Shown: piece by piece, positions 24,474 through 38,859 of the stretch
Position numbering within the stretch: position 1 is the first letter of the stretch
How the letters are laid out: each line of letters begins with the position of its first letter
Assembly (NCBI GenBank): GCA_002633005.1
Contig: NMRA01000799.1
Location: 62,001 to 126,000 of the forward strand
Direction: 5' to 3'
From: Phoronis australis
Taxonomy: Eukaryota > Animalia > Phoronida
Length of the DNA stretch: 64,000 bases
Program-made: the position numbers and the translations under genes
Notes under the pieces: generated by a model
Databases searched by the model: none
The model's input: only the letters and a program-made list of their open reading frames with translations
What the model was told of the DNA's origin: nothing

Positions 24474-27400
24474 GTAAGGTGAAGTTCATGTGCTTCCGCT
24501 GGTGCATACAATGGCAAATCCGTATCATTACTTAGAGTGCAGCAAAACCACATGCAAGCGTCTACATCTGTCCACTCATTTTACATTATGGTCCTTGGTT
24601 TTTTGCTTCCAAGGATAATTGGACCCCAACATTTTGTCTAGATTTCAGCGATCCAGTAGTATGGTATTTTCGGTAACCAATTAGACCAGCAAATGCCAAT
24701 CAAAAATCGTTTAAGGACTAAGGTATAGTGCTGGATTTACCTAACAAAGACATTATGTTACTTTCGGAATAGTTCGCCTGACGACGCTGTGTTAGCTTGA
24801 AATGTTATTCGTCAACGAAGCACTATTCCGTAAGTAGCATAATCTCTTAATCTCTTTGCTGGCTAGATCAAGCACTGCGCTAAATGATATTGACTGCGAT
24901 TTGGCAACATGCTGGATTGTGGCGTAATTTAGATATTTTGGTGTACTCACACGACTGTCACCCGCCCTCTTCCATCCGAATTGTATAAAATATTTCGTAA
25001 GTTGTGTTTGCTCGTCTCGACCAAGGTGTGCCACTGAAAATTAGGTCAACACTGTGTATTCGAGGTATTGGTCAATACTCACTTAAAACGAATATTTGTG
25101 TTGCAATGAACAACAAATGAACCATGACACACATTTTAAAATGTGGAAAGAGTCCATCAGTCTGCCCCAAGAATGGGTTCGCTCATACATTCGATGTACC
25201 ACCAAAGTCAATTCCATATGATTCAATACACTAAGTGGCTTATGACAGGAAATGTATACTCTGTGTTGTGCCCGTCAGAAATTCCACATTCTGGATGGGC
25301 TAGGCTATACAAAACCTATAGCGGGTAATTAAACAATAATGTTCTCAGCCAGGAGCATAAACCCTTTGTTAAGCCAGGTTTATTTTCACAGTCCAACTGG
25401 GACAATTGTTCACAAAGTACTACTTTTAATGACCTTCCACGGGAATGTAACCCTTGTTATTAAACACCACTCAATTTCAAAAGGACTGTCTATTGTGTGT
25501 GACTAAAACCGAGGGTTTACTACCATCCGTAAAATTCTAAGCCACTATGTGTACTACAGTTTCCTCTTTAAAGACCAAAATGCAGAATCCCCGGCATGCT
25601 GTTGAAAAAACATCTATACGACGAAATGTTATTATAATTACTTACATTCTAAGTTAGGTAATGTGTGTTACATTTTTTTCCATTCGTTAAAGGCCTGCTC
25701 TGATGACGTTTCAGAAATTGTTGCATAACGAGAGTTTGGCAATCTTCCTACTAAATTAATGGCAGAAAGGCCGAGATTGACCAGTTCGTGGGAGAAAAAC
25801 ACTCGTTGTCTCCCATTCGCTTTATCTCGGCACTACCATGCGAGTTTATCCGACCTCGAGGAGTTCTATTACAGGGATAATTTAGGAGTGCGCCCCACGT
25901 CATTGGTTCATAAAAATTCATTGACTAACTATAATTGCTTTGCTCTGGCAGATGAGTGTACTAAAACTGTTATAGTTTTGCCTCATATTGCCGTGAATAA
26001 TATCCATATAATGCAGAACAGTTGATCAAAGCGACAGTTTCAGTGACATGTGATATAGCATATTGCTATTAATGCAAATCTCAACTGTAGATTCATTTGC
26101 TTAGTTAACTTGAAGTGCAGTTAGCCGTTCATTTTGGCCACCCTTGTAAGGTCCCCAGCTGTCACATCCAGAGTTCATTTTGGCCACCCTTGTAAGATCC
26201 CCAGCTCTCACATCCAGAGTTCATCTTGGCCACCCTTGTAAGGTCCTTAGCTGTCACTTCCAGAGTAACACCGGCAGACATCCATTTCTGTTCATAGGGT
26301 AGAGTTGCTGGTTTCGTATCGCTTAAAGATACGACTCCTTGTGCGTCAGGCTAAAGCAGCCATGGCATCAGGAGCTACATGTATCTTGTAGCCTGTAGTG
26401 GCTTCATACAAATGACCACACATGGGATTTAGAAAAAACAATGATAATGCCTTAGCTGCAAAACATGGTTTTAGAAAATACAATAAAAGTACCATTCAAG
26501 TGACTGTTTTTTTTCAAATTCGTACTTGTCAGACATCAGAATCGTATCAGTGGTACTTTACTAATAACTACGTTTATTTTACACAACAAAGACGAAAAAG
26601 AAGACATCGTAGACAGTCAAACCTTCAATTGACAACATAGAAACCCATGAGAACAACGTTTCCAAATGAACCATCGTGTTCTTACGGAACCGTGCTAACA
26701 TACCACGACAAAGATAACGAAATGAACGAGTCAACTATACTTATATTATCAACTTAAATTGCCTTGTTTTTGAAAGTTGGTCAGTGTCTCCGTTGGAATA
26801 TTCTAATTATGACAAACATAAAACAACCCCCGTTGGCTGGTTCTCATAGCATTCGGTGTTGGCTCATCGTCTGCAACGAACCCACACGACCCACTCCTCG
26901 CCATAGTCGCTCGTTTTGTCCAAACATACTAGACAAAACGTTTCGCCATATTTGCTATCTGATGAACTCAGTGACATCTTGATGGCGTTTTCTTTTCTTG
27001 GCTTTGAGCTTTTTCTGAACTTTCTTCACCTTTTTAGTACTTTCCATTTCGTCTTATACGGGCTGCTGGTTAGTTTACGTGAATAAGTCGCCAAATATCA
27101 GTAAGTCCGTGCAATTCAAAAAGGCCATAGTATTTATCGAAGAGATCTGAAAGCAAGGCGGATGAAATCTTTCATGCAACCAATAGACATAGCTTCTGGG
27201 GTGCGAAGACTGAGTCCTGGATGTCGTCTCATGAAGCTGTTGTACCAGGTGTTGTAAGCAGACTGTTTTATATAGTTGTATTTAAGGATGTCCTGGGATT
27301 TTGCCAATTGATATGAAAGTTTCATAACGTGTTTTTGTGTGATACAAAAATTCTTCAAAACCTATTCTATATTCTACCAAATCACCTTTTTCTTCTATTG

Positions 27401-30400
27401 GCAAAATAACTCTGGGGTCTCTACGTAGCTTGGTATCATGTTTAGCATACTTATTCAGACCCATGTGGTAACTGCGAATAGCTGGCTTTGGCGTTAGCGA
27501 TGGCATTTTCTTGAAAGCAAAAATGAAATGAGTACCAAAAATCAAGAAAAACAACACATTAGTCTATACAGTGCCTACTTGTCTCCCGTTTTATGAATCG
27601 TACCACTTGGTTACACGCACCGTACCCCGGGTATCATACACGTGACCTGTTGTGGTACGACACTCGTGACAATGACCTAGCTTCAAACAAAATGGTTGAA
27701 AATAATTAAGAAACTGGATAAACCTATAGCTGTTGGTGAACACCTGATCGTGAGCGGCCATTCCGTCTCCATGGAGAACGTCAACATTTCTGGCACTCGC
27801 GCAAGATTCATGAATCTATAAAGATTCGTACTCAGCACTTCTCGTTAAGTAGAACCATGGCTTTGGTGTCAACGTGCAGTCAACTATTACTTAGGAACTC
27901 AGGCACCACGGGCGCCTCAGTTGCTGACGAAATCCGCTTGTAATCGGCTGAAACGTTCGAACTTGTCCTCTGGTAAGTGAGTTTGCATATTTTTAACATG
28001 ACGTCAGGAGACACTGAACAATCGATTTGTTCAGCTGAAGGTTTATCCAGTGACTTGTGCTCTTTAAGTCTATATTACACATGGCCTCTCCTATGCATGT
28101 GTGCGGGGGTCTTGGTCACACGATGTTTTACATAAATAACAAAAGATATTTTGCCTACAACAACATATCAAATTTTTGTTTCATATAAATATTCAAGTTT
28201 AGACATGAAAACGCTATTAAAAATTTTTCTGAGGCGGCTTAAAAGACTTTTCATGAACAATATTAAAGTTTTAGTTTTTGATAGTCCCTGAGGTAAAAGC
28301 AAAACAGTTTGAAAACAATTCCTTATGCATATATGAGAGCTGCATATATGAAATTCTCATATGAATCTGATCAGCCATTTCAGAGATATGGTGTTTTTCT
28401 AGGATCCTACTGTATCCTCAAGACGAAGTAGTCTAAATCAAAATAATTCTGACAGAAGACGGCTGTGCTCACAACCTTGACTAACATGAAATTAAATAAA
28501 ATCCGCATATTGAGAGAACGTGTGTGTGTGTGTCCAATATTACAGTGGGACCTCGTATGTGGCAAAGAGTGGATAATTGCTTCCATCGGCGCTGGTTTAG
28601 GAATAGGGAAGCTTGTCGGTGCCTTTGTGGTGGGAATGTTGAGTGACAGGTAATTATTTAGATTTATTTGTAGTTTACAGTGAAATGAAAAATAAAAATA
28701 TAATGACTACTAGTACAAACGCGTGAGAGCAACAGCGTGCTGCGGTAGTCGGTTGCTGTGCTTTGCTCGCTAGTTGTCAAGATTACGACACCGCATGGCG
28801 ACCAGAACCACGTACCAACCGATACGAGAACATTACGAATATGATGCTTTGAACAGTTTTCGTACAGTATACACTTATATAGAAGGCAGCAAATATATGT
28901 ATTTACCTGGTATAAGGAATTAACGAATTATCAGTTATTTCGAAGCTCTAAAATAAGTGAGACCGATTTCCTAAAAGCCATTTGTCTAATTAAAAATAAG
29001 GAGGATGGGGTTTAAAATAGGAGGATTTTCGCATAATCTGACATAACTTGAACCAAGTGACCACCAGATCCGCTCATTGCTCACAATGGCACTCAAGGTG
29101 AACCTTTTGCTTTCGTTTACAGTGCAGTTGTATTTTTATATTATATTTTATTACATACTCAAATTCTCCAGAAATGGAACGGCTTGCAATTGAAATCGTT
29201 GAACAGCAAATATAGTCCAGGAACCAAATGCTGATTTTTCTTTGCTGTTTCATGTAACCTAGGCGTAGTTAACATGATTTAGGGGGGTGACCGTTCGCAA
29301 CCCTGTGCATTTTTTAAAATGTGCAAAATAAGGCCGTCATTATGCAAAATTCTATTTTTGCTTATGATTTCCTTATCAAGCACTCCAGGCAGGTTATTTT
29401 GATGATTTCACCCATGTTTCCATGGTTAACGAATTTAATAGTGGAAGTTTTTGGGTGGATATATCATCAATTTGCGTAATTTATGCAAATTCAGGCCGCC
29501 ATTATTCAAAATGTTACTTGTTCTAATAGCCATCATCACAGGTGACACATGATATTTGCATCTTTGTTTCTATGGTCAATTACTTTAATGAAATCATAAA
29601 TGTTGCTGTATGATAAATTTGCATAATTAATGCAAATTAAGGTCACCAGTATTCAAAATTCTATTTTGCCTAAAACGCCCTTATATTACCGAGCACTTCA
29701 GACAGGTTACTTTAATGTTTTCACCTGTGCCTCCATGATCAGTGAATTTAATGGACCTCGTTTGCTGGCGGATACATCGTGAATTTACATCATATATACA
29801 AATTAAGGTGACCATTATTTAAAATTCTACTTTTGCTTATAATTGAGCACCAGGCACCCCCAAGTAACTATTTTAACGTCTTTACCCAATGTTTGTGAGA
29901 AATCAGTTGGTAAGATGTTGCATGATGAATTTTCATAATGTACACAAATAAAGGACACCAGTATTCCAAACACTGTTTCTGTTCATAATTTCCTTACGGG
30001 CAGTAAATGTACATTATTTTCAAATTGATTTCATGTTTTCATGAATTTGTATAATTGATAATTTACGCCAATTACAGATGCCATATTCATAATTCTATTC
30101 TGCTGCATCAGATCCAGAGGTTAGTTATAAATATTTGCACTCATGCTCCAGTGGTCAATGAATTTAGGTTTGCAGATTGTAGCATGATAAATTTGCAGAA
30201 TCTCCTTTTTGATAATGAAATAAGAAAATAGTTGGTGTAGTGGGTGTCCTGCAGCTAAAATTCCAAAAAAGATATTGCCTATTGCCCTGAGCTCCCATAG
30301 ACAATAGAAAAATCGCAGATTACTCTAATAACTTGGGTGAATGCTGGAATGGGGCTTGGAGTGATCAGTTTATAGGGACCACATTAGGTACGAATACAGT

Positions 30401-33400
30401 AGTGAGGGAATAGTAGGGAATTGTCCTCAAAGAAGAGACTCTTAAGCTTTGGCCGCAAGTTGCCATTTGTCCTACAAGATTAAAACAGATCTTGGAGAGA
30501 TGGAGAGCGATCTACACTAGATCTTGTAATAAAAACCTATCACACGGAAGAAAGTAAGGCACGTCTTGATGCACATGCACGAATCTGTCAAAAGTAGATA
30601 CCAGCATCGATCTATTGGATCCCGAGGTCCATCCCAAAGACGCAGTAGTGAACATTAGGAGTGACAGGATTGCTATTCTAACAGTTAATTGAAGCCTACA
30701 TGAAACAAGCATTGGACAGGAAATGTTATCAAACTTCGAGAAAGGCTGCCAGTATGTTAGGAACACAAGTACATGTAGGTAATCGCTGATGAAGATCCTT
30801 GTCCCTTAATAAGTACTAGGAAATTGTAGAAATCCCATGAACAAGCTAGCTCCATTATTGTGCAACATAACGTGAAATGTGCATATGAACTTAAAAAATT
30901 GTAGGTTGTTTCCGATGACAAAAATGTATTTGTCCTTTGTCTGCATTACTAAGACAAGGAACAGCTTCAAATACCACAACCATGAAATCACCTAGTAAGC
31001 GTAGAACAGTCGTAGTTAGCAGTGGAAACATGTAGCGATACTTTGACGGTCTCCTCCATGTCCATGAGCTGTTGGGTTGTAACACAGTGGCATGTTACTA
31101 TGGAGTTGGAAAGGGATAAACTGTTAAAATATTGAAGGCTGGACATGACATGACATGTCTTCCATCAGTAATTTTCATGTTCATTTTTCTGATCTCATAA
31201 AACAGGCCACTAAATGTATGCGTGCCTGTTATGGAATGAAGAGTATCAGGAAGATGTCATGAACCAGACTACTGGTATGGGCAAGAGAAAAGGCAAGAAA
31301 TATACATCTGCCCCCAAACTGTCAGCGACAACGGAGGCAATCATAGAGCCCATTACCAGTCAGGCATGTGGTGGAGGGTCACCAGCACTAGATCCAGAGG
31401 ACTATGGACGGAAGAAAGATGCCATAAACAAATCACTCTCACCATCTATAATTCAGCATGGTGTCCAACTCGCTCCTATTGAATACTGGTGATAATTAGG
31501 TGTAGCTGCAAAGGTCAGATTCCACAAAATTCATGTCGATACAATCGCAGTGTCAAGTGTAGAATTAGCATTTGAAACGTCTTGTGACTGGTCTCCATTA
31601 GATAGGTTATGATCTGGGGTTTACCCAATTAAACAATTTGGTCATCTACCAAAAATACCCTGCGTATCAGACAAAACTAGAATATGTAGAGTTGTGTAAT
31701 AAATAACAGATCATTTACATTGTATGGTGTAATGACAGATTTCATAAAATTCATCAGTAAAACACCTAAATAATCTACATACAGTGCCCCCCCCCATAAG
31801 AAAGTTGCGAGCAGAAATAGAATTTTTAATAATGGCCTTTATTTTCATAAATTATGCTACTTTATGGTGCAGCTTGCAAACTGATTTCATTAACTTAATT
31901 GACCATTGGAACATAGGTTCAAAGATCATGAGAGTTTACCCGTGGTCCTTGGTACCGCAGCTATAAGCACAAGTAGAATTTTGAATAATGCCTCCCTTAA
32001 TTTCCAGTAGATCTGCAAATATGCATCAATTATGCAAATTCATCATGCAACAATATGCAAACCGATTTCATTAAAGTAATTAACCAAAAGAATATAGGTG
32101 CAAAAATCATGGTAGTTCATCTGTGGTGCATGGTTCAGTAGCTATAAGCACAAGAAGAGTTTTGAATAATGGCGGCCTTAATTTTTACAAATTATGCAAA
32201 TTAACAATGTATTCACCAAAAAAACTTTCACTATTAAATTCGTTGACCAAGGAAACATGGGTAAAAGCGTCAAAATTATCTACCTGCCGTTTTGATAAGG
32301 AAATTATATGCAAAATACAATTTTGCATAATGGCGACCTTAATTTGCATATTTAAAAAAATTCTCAAGGGTTACACACAGTCACCCCTCTAAATCATGTT
32401 TACTTAACCCTAAGCTTCATGAAACAGCAATGAAAATACTTTATCCGGCAAAACCAGGCTCAAGCCCCTTGCTCCCGGACTAATAAGCATTTGTGAAAGA
32501 GAAAAATGAGCGACAATCCTGAAGTGCTGAAAAAAGCATACAACTGCGATTGGACAGGCAGCTAAGTAAAATGAAAAAAATCTGATCAAATTTCCTAGTT
32601 TTTTTTTAGTTTTTTAGTTGTTTGGCAGACTTTTTGACGTCCATCAAAGCTGAATGCGAGAATATCTTAGCACTGGGAAAAGGGCATTTTGTTTTTCGCA
32701 GTAAAACAACCCTTAGGCCCACGTGCGTTAAAAGTAAAAGAACCGCTGGCCCATGTGCTCTTTAAACTCTCTTAAAATGTACATGTAGTGAAAACAGACA
32801 ATGATGTCAAATGCATATATTGTAGATTTTTTTTATCTATGTAACGAAAGAACAAGGTAAAAAACGTTGTTTTGCAGATTTGGCCGGAAAAGAATTATGG
32901 TGGTCTTCCTATCAATGCAATGTCTGTTTGGTGTACTGAGTGCTGTGTCTGTTGGTCCCGTCATGTTTGTCATATTCTACTCGTTAATGTCCGGCGCTTC
33001 TATGGGCAAATACATATCCGCTTTTGTTCTAGGTAAGTCGGTAAATTTGTCTATTGTAGAACTCGCTTATTTATTCAGACCTAACGGAACTAAAACATAT
33101 CAGCTGAATTTGGGAAAACTTGGTTTATCTGTAAGCCCAAATAATTGCTTAAATCACCAGTAAACGTTTTCTGACTCAAGAAACACGATTTTTACTGTAT
33201 CCAGTAACTGCACACTGGAAATATGGCCGTTATATACGTCACGCAATCAAATGATATATAGGGGAAATTAGATCGAATCCGTATACCACGATAGAAGCCG
33301 TATACAAATGTAGAAGCCGTATTTCGCGCTTGCTGAGCAGTCTCCTGGTGGTGCATATTTGCGAGTGCAAGGTCAAATTTGGTTGAGCTCGTTCATTTGG

Positions 33401-33733
33401 GTTATCTAAGTAATTAATTCAAGGCATCCTTCCTGAAAATGCAGTTTTACTGGTGTAAAAACAAAGAAAATTTGACGCACGGTGATCAGGCGGCTATTTT
33501 AGGGCTTCGATGAAATTTCAATCTGGGTCATCAAAAAATCGGTCAAGCTAAAATCAGCTAAAAATCTAATTCAAATCCAACGAAAACGTTTCGTTATGGA
33601 TGCATACAATACATGTATATGTACAATGAGAGCTTAAGTTTTTACAGGAAATCGCGACCTAGTATCGAGTTCTTTTACTGAGACGATCCTCTGCCTAGAG
33701 TGACGTCGTTCTGTTGAGTGGTCTATCATATAA

Positions 33734-33808
<75 letters not shown>

Positions 33809-36800
33809 TATATATATATATATACAGAATTTGTAAAATGCACGACACTTTTCATTGTTCACAGTCTTTATTCCGTTGCGTTCATACTTTCGGAACAAAA
33901 CTCTACTCTCAACTGAACATACATGTAGATACAGTAACTGACCTAGCGTCGCTACACGACTGACATTATTCTTTTGTGTGGTATATCATCTATATAGATA
34001 GGATAGACCGATTAATGAACTTGCCCACACAATACCTTATTAAGTATTCAATTTATTTAAGTCCTTTTTTCGAAGCTCATTTATTTGAGAAAAACTCATT
34101 TCAAATGAGAAGGTGTTTTCAACTCTCCCTCGTTGCCGGTCGCAGCGTAAAGCCTTTTTGCAATACTGTCCTACCTCAAGTTCTGCAAATCAGCAGTTTC
34201 CACCATTATATTCCAATGGTGTGGTCAAAACGGAGAATGTCTCTATTACTATGAACAGTCCACAAGCTAAGACATGAATTTCAAAATAGACCAAGAAAAC
34301 TAAAAAATTCCTCGAAGCTAAAATCACAAACTGCTGCAGACAACTCGGTTCAGGGAATGTTTCAATTTTCATATTCCCGGATGGGTTGTTCCAAGTTTCC
34401 GACAAAATTTTGATATTATTTATGGTTATAACTTATATATTTCACAACCTAAAAATTTTAATCAACTTATTATGAAATAAAACTATACTGGTTATTCAAC
34501 ACTTTCCGAGATTTTTTGTCGCTTAACCGATTTGCCGGGCTACCGTACACTGTACTTGGCATACATATGACGTCAAATAACAACAAGGCGGATCACACGG
34601 CAACAAGGTATTGCCACGCGGATGTAAATAATCCAAATATATGGGAAAAATAGGTTATCCCACACACATAGGAATACTACTGCGATAACCTATCTCGAAT
34701 TCATTTCATCTGGAAATGTTGCAACGAGACCGAAGGTCGAGTAAGGACATTCCCAGATGAAATGAATTCTTGATAGCTTATGGCAGTAGTATGTGGGATA
34801 TCCTTGGCCTATATTTCATGAACTCGGTGATAGTCAGCGCTTGCACAGAAATTCGCTTTGCCTACATGTATGAGCATTCGCTGAGTTTGATTTGCTTTTA
34901 TTTCTACTTACGTAAACTCTGAATTAGACAATTTCTTTGAATATATTGTCCGAACAAACTTATTAAACCGTGCTTTATGTCAAAAACGTATAGAAAGCCA
35001 CTTTCTCCTCCACAAAAATCACCCAGGATATAAATCCATCGCACTTGAAAGAAATGGGAAGACAATAAAGTTGATTTAAGCGCACCTTTTAGTGATCTCC
35101 ATATTGTGCATCGAATGACTTTGTAGACAGCTTAAAGTCAATGTACAGGTCGACTCCTATACATGTAGCACAAGACCGCGAACATATCATGTGAATTTAC
35201 AGCTGCGCGATCGTTAAGTTCAGACGAAAATCCAGGACAGCACCAGTAATGTCTGAACGGTACATGTACATTGGTACATTAAATGAGGCTTCTTATCGAC
35301 GTTTTCCTTTCTTCAAGCGACATAAAATCTGCTTTTTTCGAAAACAAGCTTTGATTGATGTCAAAGTTATAAACGTGGTGTAGAATTTCTCGTTCTTACT
35401 CTGACGAGGCAGAATATTCCGATGAATCTTCAACTAAATAAAAATTCCTAATGCGTTTCACGTGCCGGTTACAGTGTTTCACTAACAATGCGGTTAGCGG
35501 TTTTAAAGTCCTTATCTCAAAATGCCAATGTGATTCCTGTATCCAAAAATGAAATCTTATTTTCGATACCCTTTCATTATATTCTTTTCGCCTTTCGTGC
35601 CAAAAGCGATTTTTAACAGTATTTGACCCTTTTCTGTGAGCGTGTCATTACCGGCTGTCATCGGCTATTTCTGTACCCACATTTCCGGCTCGTCAGGAAC
35701 TTGTCCTGAACACCACCATTTTTTCTTGTAACTTAATGTGCTATCGCTTACTCTTAAAGTCTTCATTATTTTGTTTTATTAGTAATATCTCGTGATTCGT
35801 TTGTATATGCAGTTTATTTATAGTTTCTAGTTACTGGTCGTTGAATTTTTTGGAATGTTACGAGTAATTTTGTTAGTTATGTTAAAATAGCATTGGTGTT
35901 AAGTTCCTGTTATGTTGGGCGGTCTAACTTAGGAACCAATATGAGTCGAACCAATTTTTTTTCGTTTAGAATTTTGTTTTCGTTTTGAAAACTACTTTGC
36001 TGTCATGGGAAAGGTAGTGCATTATACTCAGTAAACAACGAAACAGTATCAAAATCGGGGCAAGCAGTGTAAAGTTATTGCATTTGCTGTGGCGAAATTT
36101 GGATCACTTTTTGGGGTAGGTACTTCTTGGATCTTTATAACATCATCTAACCATGTAATATGGTTAACAATGTGTGCTTCTTGGACTTTAATTGTAACCT
36201 TTTTGGTTGCGATATTGCCTTTTTGGTTAGGTCTCAATATGCTGGGCACGGTGTTCAGAAGCATGTCAACTCGACAAATGCGATCCCGTAGGGTAAGGCG
36301 TAAATCTTTTTAAGCAGACGGTAAAATCGGGATAATTAAACCGTGGCCGTACTATCAAACCTTCCTGTAGGCCTGCTCTCCATCTTCACCCTACTGAATT
36401 TCAAAGCTCCCCGGGTGCCATGCTGGGGGACTATGACGCTACAAGATGGACTTCTGATTGGACGGTACCCGATTATGTTTCACGTTTTAGTGAAACCCTG
36501 AATGTGGTCTCGTCCAGCATGCGGCGGGGTCGAAATCTTAAGTTTTATTAGCTTCGCGGTAGAACTGTCACACATTGGTTGACTTGCTTTTAACGTTTCA
36601 GGCCTAGAACTTGTTGGCGTGAGATACCGGTCGGTGGCAGGCCTCGGTATATACTTCTCCTGGAGCGTCGGGTATCTGTTGGTGGGTTTGGTAGCCTATT
36701 TCATCAGGGATTGGGCTACTTTGCAACTGTCGCTCAACCTACCGATTATTGCATTCGTCGCTCTTTACGCATGGTTTGTAAACAATTAGTGATTTATTTT

Positions 36801-38710
36801 GAAATGTGAATGGTCATAAAAACGTGACTGCACTGTTGGTAGAATAATGTATAACACAACTGGGCCCACACTCCAGTTGCATCACCCGTATTTAAATCAT
36901 CAGTCTTCTGGTAGCGTATATGTATGTTAAAACTGCATTTCGTGTTGATTAGTTGGCTGAAATAAACGAATGCCAAATAAGACCATTTACAGTGCACTCC
37001 CATAAAGTCGCTTTCACAATACCTCACTCTGAAAGGGTTCAAGTTTCATTCCACTCAAGTCGCAAGCAATACATGAATTTTCAATTTTAGGGGTGACCAA
37101 TCCCAATGAACTCCGAAGAGTTTTCTTGAGTATGTTCATGCTCGTAACAGGGACGGAGTCATGTCACGGCAAGCAGTATTATCACACATTTTCGTTAGAG
37201 TATACCGAGTTGATTCAGTACTTGTTTTTAGCCAGTAAAACTGAGCAAAATGGAGCTTTATGCCTTGATTTACAGCCACTGCCCTTCTTGGACAACGATA
37301 GGATGAACAGCGTCTTACTGCAAGACCTACTTCTACGCCACCAGATTGAGCTTTTCATATTTCGAGTCTAATTTTGATCATTTATCAAATTTAAGTGCAG
37401 GGAGTTAATATTCACATTTACAAAATTTTTTAACAATGGTTCACGTTAAATTCGTTGATTATCTACCTGGAGTTGGTGACTTTGATTTCATTGGCCATAT
37501 TACTGTCGTTTGGTTCGCTGAAATCGTCCGAAAACGGCGTAAGTGTAGAGCATATTTTCCATTTGATCAGTGATTATTACACGATGACCGTAAGTACAGA
37601 ATAGCACAGGAAACGTGCTGCTAAAATGGTAATTGGAGACACTTGTTCAAGTAAAAGTGATCTTGTGTCAGGTTGACGCCCGAATCGCCAAGATGGTTGC
37701 TTCAACGTCACCGTGTTGAAGACGCAATCGTCGTACTGAAAAGAATTGCCCGGATGAACGGTGTTGAATGGGACGCGGAGATGGATCAAATGGTGGACAC
37801 GTGCACGCAAGAACAAAAACAAGTTGTGAGCTTAAACAAAACTGTTTTCGTTCAGAAATTGAAAATTAGAACAATTGCATTTTGACATTTCAACCTTACG
37901 TAAATATGTTATTACTATTGCAATTGGTTAACTGTTATGAAGCGTGAGAACTGTGAAATAAAGACGGAGCTTGATTTACCAAGTTGCTTTGTGTATTACA
38001 TGTATGTTCATCAATTGTTTTGACCATAACGAGACATGAACTAAGGCTATTACATGTAGCAATTACGCAAAAGGCTGGTAACTGTTTAAACGTTTTAGTC
38101 GGTTCAGTTTGTGTGAATATTAACTGCAGTGAAGAGGTTAAAACACAAAAGGCGTAGATCTTACCATTACTTTTGTTCTTCACATAATGAAATGAGAATA
38201 TTCAGCTCTTCATAAAAAATTCTAAAGTATGCCTGAACTTCCGGTTAAGTTCCGAAAACTAGTTATAAACATTGTTGATAACTTCTGCACGCAGATACTG
38301 TACACGTACTGTTTTCAACTTTGAAAAGCAAATTAGTAAATTTACTCGACTTCGTTCCTATATTTACACGAAAGCCGGCCGTATAAATTAATGATTTGTG
38401 ATAATCATGTTCAAATTTTAGCTTTTGTGCAATTTTCTCATTTTTTCAGTTAAGAGTATGTTTTAACCTATACGTTTGGCATCATTATCTCTGTCTGTCG
38501 CTGATCTAATGTTGTTTCAGAGCAATCGTCCTACCACCCTACTTATTTCTTTAGTGAAGTCAAGAACGATGATTCTCTTCACAATCGTCAACGCGATGCT
38601 GTGGTATGTACTTGTTTCTGATTCTTATTATTTTTGACCTTTCAAGCACCTTAGTAAGTCTATTTTTACGGATTATCGAATAAAATATGACACATATACC
38701 CAACGAGCCC

Positions 38711-38748
<38 letters not shown>

Positions 38749-38823
38749 GTTTGACACTTACCTTTATTGTATTTGATGATTTGATTGTAACAAGGGCCGG
38801 AGGCCTAGTTATTGAATAAATAA

Positions 38824-38859
<36 letters not shown>

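Noticed and set aside
33634-33963. ICIC, YMYM and TYTY repeat ORFs (also CVCV and THTH at 9560-9835)
   Set aside because: They are translations of microsatellites.
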